A stretch of DNA of 64,000 nt from Verrucomicrobiia bacterium (GCA_041395165.1 JAWLBA010000003.1:9900-73899); one strand, 5' to 3'; numbered from the stretch's first letter, positions 19,544-30,048 are shown. Notes: generated by a model not told the origin, from the letters alone. Made by a program: numbers and translations.

Positions 19544-20737
19544 ATGAGTTATTTACCACGTATTGTTCAGAGTTTTGGTCGGACGAATCTTTCCAATGAG
19601 GAAATTAAGCGTTACAGCCGGCATTTGATTATGCCTGAAGTCACGATCAAAGGACAAAAAAAGTTAAAAGCTTCTCGCGTTTTGGCCATTGGCACAGGAG
19701 GTTTGGGTTCGCCCTTACTATCCTACCTTGCTGCGGCTGGCGTGGGAAAATTGGGTATTGTCGATTTTGACACGGTCGATTATTCCAATTTGCAACGCCA
19801 AATTATTCACGGAACATCAAGCATCGGAAAACCCAAAGTGCTTTCCGCTCAGGAAAGAATTCATGAAATTAATCCTTACAGCGAAGTGCAACTTTATGAG
19901 ACCGCTTTGCGCTCAGACAATGCGCTCGACATCATCAAAGACTATGATGTGGTCGTAGATGGCACAGATAATTTTCCAACGCGTTATCTCGTTAATGACG
20001 CCTGCGTTTTACTCGATAAACCGAATGTTTACGGAAGCATTTTTCGGTTCGAGGGTCAGTCCACCATTTTTTGGGCATCAAAAGGGCCTTGTTATCGTTG
20101 TCTTTATCCTGAGCCTCCCCCACCCGGGCTTGTGCCGAGTTGCGCAGAGGGCGGTGTTTTAGGTGTATTACCGGGAATTATTGGCGTTATGCAAGCAATC
20201 GAAACCATTAAAATTATTTTAGGTTTAGGAGATCTCATGATCGGTAAACTTCTGCTCTTCGATGCACTCAAAATGAGATTTAAAGAGTTAAAACTGCGCA
20301 AAAATCCGCACTGCCCCATTTGTGGCGATCATCCTACGATTAAAGAATTAATCGATTACGAGCAGTTCTGCGGCATGCCCGCTGTGGAGGGTCCTGTCAC
20401 GCAGGATGAAGAACCCGTAGTGCCGGAAATTTCCGCTACCGAATTAAAAAATCGTTTCAATCAAAAAGATAAATTTATTTTACTCGATGTTCGAGAACCG
20501 CATGAATTTCAAATTTGTCGCATTCCCAATTCTCGGCTCATTCCTTTGGGCGAATTGCCCGCGCGTATTCACGAACTGGACTCTGCGGATGAGATTGTGA
20601 TTCATTGCAAGAGCGGCATGCGCAGCGCGAAAGCCGTTCAACTTTTGCAACAGGCTGGTTTTAGAAAAGTGTGGAATGTCAAAGGTGGCATCGAAGCTTG
20701 GGCTAATGAAGTGGATCCTAAAACGCCGAAGTATTAA
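19544..20737 (+). CDS. moeB: MoeB/MoeZ sulfur-carrier adenylyltransferase with C-terminal rhodanese
   Basis: RYSRHL, GTGGLGSP, DYSNLQRQ, CYRC..SCAEGGVLG, CPIC, LLDVRE, HCKSGMRS. Confidence 0.94.
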   Translation: MSYLPRIVQSFGRTNLSNEEIKRYSRHLIMPEVTIKGQKKLKASRVLAIGTGGLGSPLLSYLAAAGVGKLGIVDFDTVDYSNLQRQIIHGTSSIGKPKVLSAQERIHEINPYSEVQLYETALRSDNALDIIKDYDVVVDGTDNFPTRYLVNDACVLLDKPNVYGSIFRFEGQSTIFWASKGPCYRCLYPEPPPPGLVPSCAEGGVLGVLPGIIGVMQAIETIKIILGLGDLMIGKLLLFDALKMRFKELKLRKNPHCPICGDHPTIKELIDYEQFCGMPAVEGPVTQDEEPVVPEISATELKNRFNQKDKFILLDVREPHEFQICRIPNSRLIPLGELPARIHELDSADEIVIHCKSGMRSAKAVQLLQQAGFRKVWNVKGGIEAWANEVDPKTPKY

Positions 20738-21511
20738 ATGTTTGCCTATCTAGAAAATAAATTGGGCCGTTTTGCTATCCCGCATCTGATACCTGGCATT
20801 GTTTTTTTGTCCACCATCACTTTTGTTCTGCTTCGTTTTCAACCCGATTTCATTAATTATCTGGTTCTTAATCCTCAACTCATTCTTCAAGGTCAAGTCT
20901 GGCGGTTGTTCACTTACGTTTTCATTCCACCAACAGTTAATCTTTTTTGGATTATTTTTGCGCTCATGTTTTTGTGGATGCTGGGCAATGGCCTGGAACA
21001 GGCCTGGGGCGCATTTCGTGTAAATCTCTATTTCTTTATTGGTCTGTTGAGCACAACACTCATCGCTTTTATTTTTAATTGGGTAGATGCCACGGGAGGG
21101 TTTATTTACAGCACTATTTTTTTTGCTTTTGCTACGCTTTATCCCAATTATCAAATTTTGGTGTTCTTTATTTTACCCATTAAAGTCAAATGGTTGGCTT
21201 ACTTTAGTTTGTTCATTCTTATTGTATATTTTTTCAACACTTCTTTTGCAGGAAAAATATCTCTATTGATTGCGCATCTTAACTATTTTCTCTTTTTTGG
21301 AAAAGATATCGCGCGAATTCTTTTTCAAAGACAATCGGCTCATCTTCGAAAGAAAAAATTTCAATCTCATCAAAGACCCATTGCAGAAGCCTTTCATCAT
21401 TGCATGATTTGCAAAAAAAATGAATTAACCAATCCTCACCTACATTTTCGTATTGCGGCCGACGGTCAAGAATATTGTCTCGAGCACCTTCCTAAGGCGA
21501 TTCCAAAATAG
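20738..21511 (+). CDS. Conserved membrane protein (rhomboid-like fold, no catalytic GxSG seen) with C-terminal Cys/His cluster
   Basis: GQVWRLFTY, ~6 TM, FILPIKVKWLA, HHCMIC..CLEH. Confidence 0.65.
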   Translation: MFAYLENKLGRFAIPHLIPGIVFLSTITFVLLRFQPDFINYLVLNPQLILQGQVWRLFTYVFIPPTVNLFWIIFALMFLWMLGNGLEQAWGAFRVNLYFFIGLLSTTLIAFIFNWVDATGGFIYSTIFFAFATLYPNYQILVFFILPIKVKWLAYFSLFILIVYFFNTSFAGKISLLIAHLNYFLFFGKDIARILFQRQSAHLRKKKFQSHQRPIAEAFHHCMICKKNELTNPHLHFRIAADGQEYCLEHLPKAIPK

Positions 21512-22439
21512 TTCCAATCGGAATCGAAAAACCTCGCACAAAATCTGTCGCTGCCATCCTCTGTTTCCCCTCCAACTGCACTTCACGCAATAAAAGTCCT
21601 CCCTTTTTTGCAGCAACCAAAATGCCGTGTTTATCCACTTTCATGACTTCACCTGGTTTACCGTGACATCGATTGGATAAAATCGTTTTAAAAATTTTTA
21701 AACATTTTCGCTGATTCTCTACTTTCAGCCAAGTATAAGCTCCTGGCCAAGGAATCATCGCGCGAATTTGCCGATCCACGGTCACCTGCTCTTGCTTCCA
21801 ATCAATCCAACCTTCTTCTTTTTTAATTTTTTTAGCATAAGTCGCCTCCTTTTCTTTCTGCTTCGTGCGAGGCGCTTTCCCTTTTCGCAACAAATCTAAT
21901 CCCTCCTTCAAAGTCTTAGGAGCTAACTCTGCCAAACGATCATGCAACATCTCCGCCGTCTCATCGCTTCGAATCGAAAGGCGTTGAGAACACAATATAT
22001 CGCCGGTGTCCAAACCGTCATCCATCCACATGATCGTAATGCCCGAATAACGCTCACCCGCTCGAATAGCAGCTTGAATCGGTGACGCACCTCGATACTT
22101 GGGCAGCAACGACGCGTGAACATTCAAACAACCTAATTTTGGCAAATTCAAAATCGCTTGCGATAAAATCTGTCCGTAAGCAAACACTACAAACACGTCT
22201 GCTTCTAAATAACGTAACTGCGCAATTACGGTTTTTTCATTAATTTTTTGCGGTTGGTAAATACGAATATGCCATTTTAAAGCCGCCTGTTTAATCGGGC
22301 TCGTCTGCAAACGCATCTGTCGACCTGCAGGTCGATCAGGTTGCGTAACAACGGCCACCACTTCATGCTCCTCACTTTTTGCCAAACTATTTAAACAAGG
22401 CACCCCAATTTCACCTGTGCCAATAAACACCACTTTCAT
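21492..22439 (-). CDS. fmt: Methionyl-tRNA formyltransferase
   Basis: VVTQPDRPAGR, AYGQIL, NVHASLLPKYRGASPI, GLDTGD, QLEGK. Confidence 0.97.
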   Translation of the reverse strand: MKVVFIGTGEIGVPCLNSLAKSEEHEVVAVVTQPDRPAGRQMRLQTSPIKQAALKWHIRIYQPQKINEKTVIAQLRYLEADVFVVFAYGQILSQAILNLPKLGCLNVHASLLPKYRGASPIQAAIRAGERYSGITIMWMDDGLDTGDILCSQRLSIRSDETAEMLHDRLAELAPKTLKEGLDLLRKGKAPRTKQKEKEATYAKKIKKEEGWIDWKQEQVTVDRQIRAMIPWPGAYTWLKVENQRKCLKIFKTILSNRCHGKPGEVMKVDKHGILVAAKKGGLLLREVQLEGKQRMAATDFVRGFSIPIGTILESP

Positions 22440-23596
22440 AAAGATACCTGACGAATACGAATCTGTTTTCTTAAAAAAGTGGGAATATCCAAATTTTCAC
22501 CCTGATAAAAAGTTGCATCCGTTTTTTCAAATCGGCCACGATTAGGAGTTTCAAAAGCAAAAGCTTCCTGTTTTAATTCTTGTCCTTTTGCCTTGTCTTG
22601 AGAAACAGGCAAAGGCGCTCGCTCTTCCGACTCTTGCAAGGGCGCTTCGATTGGTGTTTCACTTTTTTGAACTCCTGCCGTCCAAATCACCAATTTTACC
22701 TTACCTTCGTAACTTTCCTCTAAAATGGCATTAAAAATAAAATGCGTATTTTCGTTGCCCACATGCTGCTTCAAAAATTCTGTCGCTTTCTTCACTTCTG
22801 CCAAAGCCAACTTAGGTCCTCCTAAGACTGCTACCAAAACTTCATGTGCCGAAGTCGCTGCATCTCGCAACCAATCATTCGCAATCACTGTCGCAAGCGC
22901 TTCGTCCATAGCATGAGTTCCCTTGCCTTCACCCCATCCAAATCCTCCTTGCAAACTGACACCATGCGATATTTTCGTAATCGCTTTCAATACTTCTTCA
23001 GTCTCCGAAAAAACCAGCCCTTTTTTCGTAATCATTTCCATCAAACCACTCAAACATTGTCTCATCGCTTCAATGACAGCGCTCCATTTTTGATCTGCCC
23101 TTTCGCCCTCTGCCCAACCCTCTTTGGTCAACTGATCTGCTGGAAAAATAAAAACGGCCTCTCCAGTTTTTCTTAATTCCCGCAACATTTGTATAGCCTG
23201 ATTCACACTTCGAACACCTTCCCATTGAAAAGGCGTCGAAACTAAAATAATAGGAAGCGCTCCCTTCTCTTTAACCCAGTTAATAACTGATGTTAATCCG
23301 CCCGCCCCTAATCCTCCTCCTAACGAAACCACCAAAAAAACGATCGCAGATGTTTTAATCTCATTTTTGATTTCTTGCTCATGCAATCGAAATACTTGCG
23401 CACCCACCGATTTATCCCCACGAACTCCCCACCCTCGTAACAAATCCGCACCAATCCATCGCTTCTCTTTTAATGAGCAATTTTTCAAAGCTTGTTCATC
23501 AGCATCCCAACCCATAACTTGCACCGAATCCGTTGCCTTGATCGCATCGATTACCTGAAGCCCTGTGCCGCCTAAACCAAAAATCTGAATCTTCAT
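22436..23596 (-). CDS. ftsZ: FtsZ, highly divergent GTPase domain
   Basis: Directly after ftsA; tubulin/FtsZ layout (IFGLGGTG, GGGLGAG, PFQWEG) and C-terminal ENLDIPTFLRK; ATG 23596 preferred. Confidence 0.85.
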   Translation of the reverse strand: MKIQIFGLGGTGLQVIDAIKATDSVQVMGWDADEQALKNCSLKEKRWIGADLLRGWGVRGDKSVGAQVFRLHEQEIKNEIKTSAIVFLVVSLGGGLGAGGLTSVINWVKEKGALPIILVSTPFQWEGVRSVNQAIQMLRELRKTGEAVFIFPADQLTKEGWAEGERADQKWSAVIEAMRQCLSGLMEMITKKGLVFSETEEVLKAITKISHGVSLQGGFGWGEGKGTHAMDEALATVIANDWLRDAATSAHEVLVAVLGGPKLALAEVKKATEFLKQHVGNENTHFIFNAILEESYEGKVKLVIWTAGVQKSETPIEAPLQESEERAPLPVSQDKAKGQELKQEAFAFETPNRGRFEKTDATFYQGENLDIPTFLRKQIRIRQVSL

Positions 23597-23609
23597 AGCT
23601 TTATTAACT

Positions 23610-24836
23610 TTAAACAATAAATTTCATTTTTTTCAAAGCGCGACTAAATCGCTGCCCTAATGAAGCATCACCTCTCTCTTGCAAAACCCGTTTTTGCCCC
23701 AACAACAAAACTCCCAAAACGGTTGAAAGTTCCGGACGCGCCAACTCGCCCACATTACCATTAAATGCGTGCTCTTTCACCAAAGTAACAGGTAACTGAA
23801 AAATCGTCTCGGCTAAAGTCTGAATTCCTTGAGTTCGCGAACTACCCCCAGTAAGAAAAATCCCTGCTGATAATAAGTCCAAAAAATTGTCTCCCAACTG
23901 TTTTTTAACAATCAACAACGTCTCCTCCCATCGCGCCCTCATGACTTTAATTAAACTTTCCCGATAAATCGATTTCCCAGCAAAACCGCTCATCGGTTTC
24001 AGAGCAATCACTTCATCGCGAACTCGATCTTCTCCGACCACCGCACCTTGCGAGCATTTCAAGTCTTCCGATAATCGCAATGGCAAATTAAACGCGCGAC
24101 TCAAGTCCTGTGTCACATGGTCTCCGCCTACCCCCAAAACACCTAGCGACTCAATCTGTCCATTAATATAAGCCGCATAATGGGTCAACCCTCCGCCCAA
24201 ATCAATTACAAGCGCTCCCAACTTCTTTTGCTCTTCCGTTAACACAGCTTCAGCCGAAGCCATAGGACTCAATGAAAAATCGCACACATCAATTTGCAAC
24301 TCACGCACACGATCCATTACATTGTGCAAGCGACTTGCTACACCGTGTACAATTAAAAATTCACCCTCAACCTGCGTTCCATTCATTCCCACGGGATCAG
24401 AAACGCGCGGCCCCCCATCAATGGAAAAACCTTTCGGCAAAGTCGCCACATGACATCGACCTTCTGGCAAAGACATTTCTTCAGCTAAATCTCGCGCCTC
24501 CTCGATATCTTCTTCCGTCACCACCTTTTTTTCCTGAGAAATCATCGTGGAACCTCGCTGCGCCACACATTCCAAATGAGCACCACTTAAGGCAACAAAA
24601 GCCTCATGAATGACAACATCAGCATTTTCCTCCGCTTTTGCCATTGCTTCGCGCAAAGCGTCTGAAGCCGTCTTGGGGTCAAACACATCACCTTTTCGCA
24701 CTCCAGCAGAACTTGATTCTCCTAAACCCAACACTTTCAATACTCCATCATGCCGGACATGCCCCACCGCCACCACCATCTTACTCGTGCCAGTTTCTAC
24801 TGCCACCAATGTTGTCTCTTTCGAACGAAATAACAT
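23610..24836 (-). CDS. ftsA: Cell division protein FtsA
   Basis: ETGTSK, S.GVRKG, IDLGGGLT, GGDHVTQDL, LTGGSS. Confidence 0.93.
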   Translation of the reverse strand: MLFRSKETTLVAVETGTSKMVVAVGHVRHDGVLKVLGLGESSSAGVRKGDVFDPKTASDALREAMAKAEENADVVIHEAFVALSGAHLECVAQRGSTMISQEKKVVTEEDIEEARDLAEEMSLPEGRCHVATLPKGFSIDGGPRVSDPVGMNGTQVEGEFLIVHGVASRLHNVMDRVRELQIDVCDFSLSPMASAEAVLTEEQKKLGALVIDLGGGLTHYAAYINGQIESLGVLGVGGDHVTQDLSRAFNLPLRLSEDLKCSQGAVVGEDRVRDEVIALKPMSGFAGKSIYRESLIKVMRARWEETLLIVKKQLGDNFLDLLSAGIFLTGGSSRTQGIQTLAETIFQLPVTLVKEHAFNGNVGELARPELSTVLGVLLLGQKRVLQERGDASLGQRFSRALKKMKFIV

Positions 24837-24839
24837 AAT

Positions 24840-25706
24840 CTAAATTTCCATTGGTGCGAATGTCACCGGCACATTACGATTGACCGTGAGATCCGCACTC
24901 AACAATTTACGATGCACTTCACCACAATAATTTAAAATTTTTTCAAATCGTTCCAATTGCGTCTTCAACTGATTCGAAGTAGCCGAAAACCTGACTTTTC
25001 CGCCCTCCTCCAAATTCACCTCCAAAATTCCTTCTTTCGACACATCAATGGAAACCAAATGAAACTGAGCTTGAGCCAATCGTTGCTCCATTAAAGACAG
25101 CAAAAAAAGTGCGCTATAAACCTCACCCGATTCAATCTTTTCGCCAAGCACAATTTTTTCACTATCCACGCCTCGAATTTCCGGCAAATGTCGAAAATCC
25201 TCACCAGGTCGCAAACGCATCACCAACCCTTCTTCATCAATCGTATAATAAGATTCTTCCTGTTCTTCCAACAACGTTTTAATCACAATTCGCGCTAAGG
25301 GTCGTCGTTCCGTCACACGAATCACTAAACGATTTGGCAACTCCCTCAAAACCTCAGCCGTTTGCACCGAAGATTGTGACTCCAAACGCTGTTGAATCGC
25401 TCGCAAATCCAACGCTAAAACATTCGCTTCGGCAGGAATATCTGCCCACCTCAACACTTGATCCCTCTTCAATCGACCTTGCAACTCCACATCCACACGC
25501 GTCAAAGCATAACGCGGATTTTGATACAATAACCCATTCAATGCCCAACGCCCTAAAAAAAATCCCAACACCAACACCAAACCAACTCCACTTAAACCCA
25601 ATACAACATTTCGCAACCGCTTTGCGCCATGATGTCGCCCTCGACTTTTCTGAATGCTCGCACGCAACGAAATCGTTTTTACTCGTCTTACGTCGATTAC
25701 CATCAC
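24840..25706 (-). CDS. ftsQ: Cell division protein FtsQ/DivIB
   Basis: Single TM, POTRA (LALDLRAIQQRLE..V..AEV.R.LPNRL.IRVTERRP); between ddl and ftsA. Confidence 0.88.
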   Translation of the reverse strand: MMVIDVRRVKTISLRASIQKSRGRHHGAKRLRNVVLGLSGVGLVLVLGFFLGRWALNGLLYQNPRYALTRVDVELQGRLKRDQVLRWADIPAEANVLALDLRAIQQRLESQSSVQTAEVLRELPNRLVIRVTERRPLARIVIKTLLEEQEESYYTIDEEGLVMRLRPGEDFRHLPEIRGVDSEKIVLGEKIESGEVYSALFLLSLMEQRLAQAQFHLVSIDVSKEGILEVNLEEGGKVRFSATSNQLKTQLERFEKILNYCGEVHRKLLSADLTVNRNVPVTFAPMEI

Positions 25707-25733
25707 TTAATTTTCTTTTCCCAAATGAACTCT

Positions 25734-26633
25734 TCATAAAATAACATTATTTTTCTTTCTCATTGCTTGCGATAAAAACACAATGCGTTCACACAAATCC
25801 GCAAATCCTATCCCGGCTGCAGCTGCGGCCTTTGGCAACAAACTGGTTTCTGTCATACCAGGAATTGTATTCGCTTCCAAAACCCAGGGTCGCTCTTGCT
25901 CATCCAACAAAACATCCACTCGCGAATAAACCTCACAACCCAAAGCTCGATGTGCACTCAAAGCGGCTTCCTGAACTGCTTCCTTGACTGATTTTGATAA
26001 ATTTGCGGGACAATGATACAACGTTCGACCTGAAGTATATTTATTTTGATAATCATAAAACCCTTCCTGTGGTTCAATATGAACTACTGGCAAAGCTTGA
26101 TCTCCCAAAATGCCAACTGTTAGCTCTTTACCTACAATCATCTGCTCTACGATTACCTCGTCATCATACTGAAAAGCAAGCGTCAAAGCCGAATCCACTT
26201 TTTCTTGTGACATCACTCGAGAAATCCCAACACTGGACCCTTGCCGCGACGGTTTCACCACAAATGGTAAAGCCAATGAAGGATGCTGACCCTTTTTACA
26301 AATTTCAAAAGCAGGCGTAGGCACCTCATGATTCACAAAAATCTCTTTCGAAACCACTTTATCAAAGGCCTTCTCACTGGCCATCTGTCCACAACCCGTG
26401 TAAATTAAATTTTGCTTATCCAAAATAGCTTGCACTTGGCCATCTTCACCAAACGTCCCATGCAACGCGATAAAAACCACATCGCAAACAGGCACCCCAA
26501 ACTCTTCGGAAACCACATCCAATTCGCTGACTTCATGACCTTTTTCACGCAAAGCTTTCGCCACAGCCGCTCCCGAACGCAAAGAAACTTCGCGCTCTGC
26601 CGAAATGCCACCTTTTAAAACCACAATCTTCAT
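25734..26633 (-). CDS. ddl: D-alanine-D-alanine ligase
   Basis: GGISAEREVSLRSG, LHGTFGEDG, GSSVG, EANTIPGMTETSLLP. Confidence 0.97.
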   Translation of the reverse strand: MKIVVLKGGISAEREVSLRSGAAVAKALREKGHEVSELDVVSEEFGVPVCDVVFIALHGTFGEDGQVQAILDKQNLIYTGCGQMASEKAFDKVVSKEIFVNHEVPTPAFEICKKGQHPSLALPFVVKPSRQGSSVGISRVMSQEKVDSALTLAFQYDDEVIVEQMIVGKELTVGILGDQALPVVHIEPQEGFYDYQNKYTSGRTLYHCPANLSKSVKEAVQEAALSAHRALGCEVYSRVDVLLDEQERPWVLEANTIPGMTETSLLPKAAAAAGIGFADLCERIVFLSQAMRKKNNVIL

Positions 26634-28939
26634 TTTGTTATCTTAACACTTTCATTATCTCCTAAAATGATAATTTCCGTTTCCAATTCAACGCCGCGTT
26701 CCGCACGAGCGCGTTGCCGCACCAACTCAATTAATTGCAACACATCCGATGCAGTTGCGGTACCATTGTTTACGATAAAATTGCCGTGCTCTTGACTAAC
26801 CCGTGCTCCCCCAACCGATAAACCTTTTAACCCCAACTCGTCCACCAATTTACCCGCAGGACTCAACGAAGGGTTCTTAAAAATACAACCCGCACTCGAT
26901 GCTGCCGGTTGCGATTCCCAACGTTTTTCACTAAACTTACGCAAACGTTCTTCCACAACTTCTTTTGCTTCTTTTTTACCCTGTAAAACTGCTGATAAAA
27001 CAATTTTATTCTGTAACGTTGGCACACAACGATAATCAGCTTGAATCCCATCTCGTAACAATTCAGTAACTTCACCTTTTTGATTCATGCAACGCACCGA
27101 AACCACTCGTTCAAACATCCACCCTCCCATAGCCCCTGCATTCATAAATAATGCACCACCTAAACTCCCTGGAATTCCTTCCATAAACTCAAAACCACCT
27201 AATCCTTCGCGCTTCGCAGCCGCCACAATCGATTTTAATTTTGCGCCCGCCTGCGCAAAAACTTTATCTTTTACAATTTCAATCTTTGAAAAAAAATCCT
27301 CATGCAAATGCAAACAAACCCCACGAATCCCTCCATCTTTAATTAATAAATTTGATCCCCTTCCAATAAATGTGACAGGCATAGCGTTTTTTTCGCACAA
27401 TTGCAAAACTCTCACTAAAGATTCTTCCCCATCCGGCTCACACCAAAACTCCGCTGGCCCACCCACACGCAAAGTAGTGTGCCGACGCAAAGGCTCATTA
27501 CGAACCACACGTCCTCGGTCTCCAACCACTTTTATTAACTCTCGATAAAATTTCAAATGTTCTACCAAAATCTGCGTCACTTTTCCAATATCACCCGCTC
27601 CCAACACCACAACACAATCGCCTGGCTTCACTTCATGCACCAGTTCTTGTGCCAATGCTAAGCTTTGACCTTGAAAAGAAACTGCCCCATGCCCGGCTAC
27701 CTCAACGGCACGAAACAAATTTTCCCCAGTCACCTCCGGCCAATCCTTTGCTGACTCATCCGCTGGATAAATTCCCGTCAAAAACAAGCGATCTGCCAAA
27801 TCAAAAGCTTTAGCGAAATCCTCCCTTAACGCTTTCGTGCGACTGAACCGATGCGGCTGAAAAACTACCACTAACCGCCTGCCAGTCGCCACCTGCTTTG
27901 CAGCTTCTAGCGTCGCTCGAATTTCAGTGGGATGATGTCCATAATCATCAATTACTAAAAAATGATCACACTCCCATTTAACCTCAAACCTACGACGCGC
28001 TCCTTGAAAAGAAGCAAGTCCTTCCACAATCATTTTTTCACTTAACCCCGCTTCATGCGCCACGGCAATTGCTCCCAACGCGTTTCGAACGTTATGCGAA
28101 CCTGGCAAAGATAAGTGTACTCTCTCCAGCCATAATTTCCCCTTTATCCACACATCAAAACGCGACCCCGATTTATCAAAGACAACATTTTGCCCCTGAA
28201 CATCAACTGAATGACTCAATCCAAAACTAATAACATTTTCAAAATTTTCAAAAACTCGCGTCGCTCCCTCATCATCTCCACAATAAAAAATTTTCCCTTT
28301 CGTTTGTTCTCCCAACTCTCGAAAAACCGATTCAATCGCCTGCAAAGAAGAATAAAAATCCAAATGCTCCTTTTCAATATTTAACACCAAAGAAAAATGA
28401 GGCGCATACTTAGCCAGTGTGCCATCGCTTTCATCTCCTTCAGCAATAAACCAATCCCCCTCACCAATTTTCGCGCTTGCTCCTAACTGCGTCACCACGC
28501 CTCCCACATAGAAAGAACTTTGTGTCTCATGAAACAACCAGGCCAATAAACTTGTCGTCGTCGTTTTTCCGTGCATTCCAGCTACGACAATAGATTTTTT
28601 CTCTACCAACAAAGCCGCCAACAATTCCGCGCGATGAAAAATAGGAATTTTTCTCGTTCGAGCCGATTCCAATTCCACATTACCCTCATCAATTGCCGAT
28701 GAAACCACAACCGCTTGAGCTTGATCCACAAAATTCGACTGATGACCTTGAAAAAAAACCAATCCTTTTTCTTCCAATTGTTGAATAATTCGGCTTTCCA
28801 CCAAATCAGAACCCGAAACCTGATAATCTTTTTCCAATAATAAACGGGCCAATCCCGACATCCCACTCCCTCCTACTCCCACAAAATGCCAAAAACGGTT
28901 GGGCACACGATGATGCAAGCATTGCAGAATTGCACTCAT
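26630..28939 (-). CDS. murC: MurC-MurB fusion (UDP-MurNAc-L-Ala ligase + UDP-GlcNAc-enolpyruvate reductase)
   Basis: GVGGSGMSGLA, HGKTTTT, EGDESDG, DDYGHHPTE; then HTTLRVGGPA, GRGSNLL, GIPGSLGG..MNAGA, SAGCIFKNP, HGNFIVN. Confidence 0.95.
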   Translation of the reverse strand: MSAILQCLHHRVPNRFWHFVGVGGSGMSGLARLLLEKDYQVSGSDLVESRIIQQLEEKGLVFFQGHQSNFVDQAQAVVVSSAIDEGNVELESARTRKIPIFHRAELLAALLVEKKSIVVAGMHGKTTTTSLLAWLFHETQSSFYVGGVVTQLGASAKIGEGDWFIAEGDESDGTLAKYAPHFSLVLNIEKEHLDFYSSLQAIESVFRELGEQTKGKIFYCGDDEGATRVFENFENVISFGLSHSVDVQGQNVVFDKSGSRFDVWIKGKLWLERVHLSLPGSHNVRNALGAIAVAHEAGLSEKMIVEGLASFQGARRRFEVKWECDHFLVIDDYGHHPTEIRATLEAAKQVATGRRLVVVFQPHRFSRTKALREDFAKAFDLADRLFLTGIYPADESAKDWPEVTGENLFRAVEVAGHGAVSFQGQSLALAQELVHEVKPGDCVVVLGAGDIGKVTQILVEHLKFYRELIKVVGDRGRVVRNEPLRRHTTLRVGGPAEFWCEPDGEESLVRVLQLCEKNAMPVTFIGRGSNLLIKDGGIRGVCLHLHEDFFSKIEIVKDKVFAQAGAKLKSIVAAAKREGLGGFEFMEGIPGSLGGALFMNAGAMGGWMFERVVSVRCMNQKGEVTELLRDGIQADYRCVPTLQNKIVLSAVLQGKKEAKEVVEERLRKFSEKRWESQPAASSAGCIFKNPSLSPAGKLVDELGLKGLSVGGARVSQEHGNFIVNNGTATASDVLQLIELVRQRARAERGVELETEIIILGDNESVKITK

Positions 28940-30045
28940 GCTCGTTTCTCCTTGATAGCCCTCATCACCGCATCCGCAACACGTTCGGCACCATCTTCAA
29001 TGGCTACCTTTCGACACGCTTCACGCATCCGCTGCCATTGCTCTTGATCTTCTAATAAAATTTTTATTTTCTGAGCGAGTATTTCGGGTGTGAGAGAATC
29101 CTGTTCCCCCATCCAAGCCGCACCCGCTTTTTCAAAAACTTGCGCATTAAAAAATTGATGATTACCTGCTGCAAAAGGAAAAGGAATCAGCACACTAGGA
29201 ATTTTCCAAGCCGCCAACTCACTTACTGAGGCTGCGCCACTTCGAGAAATGGCAAGGTCCGTAACTCGATAAATTTCAGCCATCTCACCACAAAACTCCA
29301 TCACCTCTGCCTGAAATCCTTCTCGCCGATAATTCAACTCCACTAACTCCTTTTCCCCTTTTCCAGTAAGATGAATAAATTGCCAACGTGACTGTAATCC
29401 CTCCCAACACCGCATGGCTTGAATTACTAATTCATTCAACGCCTTAGCGCCTTGACTTCCTCCCATCACCAAAATCGTTTTCTTTTCGGGAGATAAACCC
29501 ATTTTTTTCAACGTTTCAATTCGATCACCCTTTTGCGGCTTTACTTTTAACGGCGTACCAGTCACACCGGTGTTAACTATCGAAGCCAAATGCGATCGAC
29601 ACGCTTCAAATCCCAATAAAACCTTATCCACCTTTTTTGCTAACCAAGCCGTCACTCTTCCTGGAATCACATTGGACTCATGCGTCAATGTCGGAATTTT
29701 TCTCTCTATCGCATAACGCAAAGGCACAGCCGAGGTAAAACCGCCCATTCCCAATACAGCATCCGGCTTCCAAACTTTGAACCATTTTTCACATTCTCGC
29801 ACTGCTTGAAAATAGCGCCAAAAAAACCCCACCAAAAGAAATGGACGAAACCCAGGCCATCCTACGACCGATAAAACACGAAACTCATAACCTTGATGTT
29901 TACTCAATGCAGAACGATCAATATCTTTATTTGAAACGAGTAGTAGTATTTGATTACCCCGCTCTTGCAACACATCAGCCACTGCCAAACCAGGAAACAA
30001 ATGTCCTCCCGTTCCGCCACACGCAATGGCAACACGATAACTCAT
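28936..30045 (-). CDS. murG: Lipid II N-acetylglucosaminyltransferase
   Basis: GGTGGHLFPGLA, GGFTS, HESN, GGSQGA, RSGA.SVSE, HQFFNA. Confidence 0.97.
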   Translation of the reverse strand: MSYRVAIACGGTGGHLFPGLAVADVLQERGNQILLLVSNKDIDRSALSKHQGYEFRVLSVVGWPGFRPFLLVGFFWRYFQAVRECEKWFKVWKPDAVLGMGGFTSAVPLRYAIERKIPTLTHESNVIPGRVTAWLAKKVDKVLLGFEACRSHLASIVNTGVTGTPLKVKPQKGDRIETLKKMGLSPEKKTILVMGGSQGAKALNELVIQAMRCWEGLQSRWQFIHLTGKGEKELVELNYRREGFQAEVMEFCGEMAEIYRVTDLAISRSGAASVSELAAWKIPSVLIPFPFAAGNHQFFNAQVFEKAGAAWMGEQDSLTPEILAQKIKILLEDQEQWQRMREACRKVAIEDGAERVADAVMRAIKEKRA

Positions 30046-30048
30046 AAA

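Noticed and set aside
869-20737. Scattered Moco genes (modA, moeA, moaC, mogA, moeB) as a novel cluster
   Set aside because: These are ordinary housekeeping genes; missing members (moaA/D/E, modB) can lie elsewhere in the genome.
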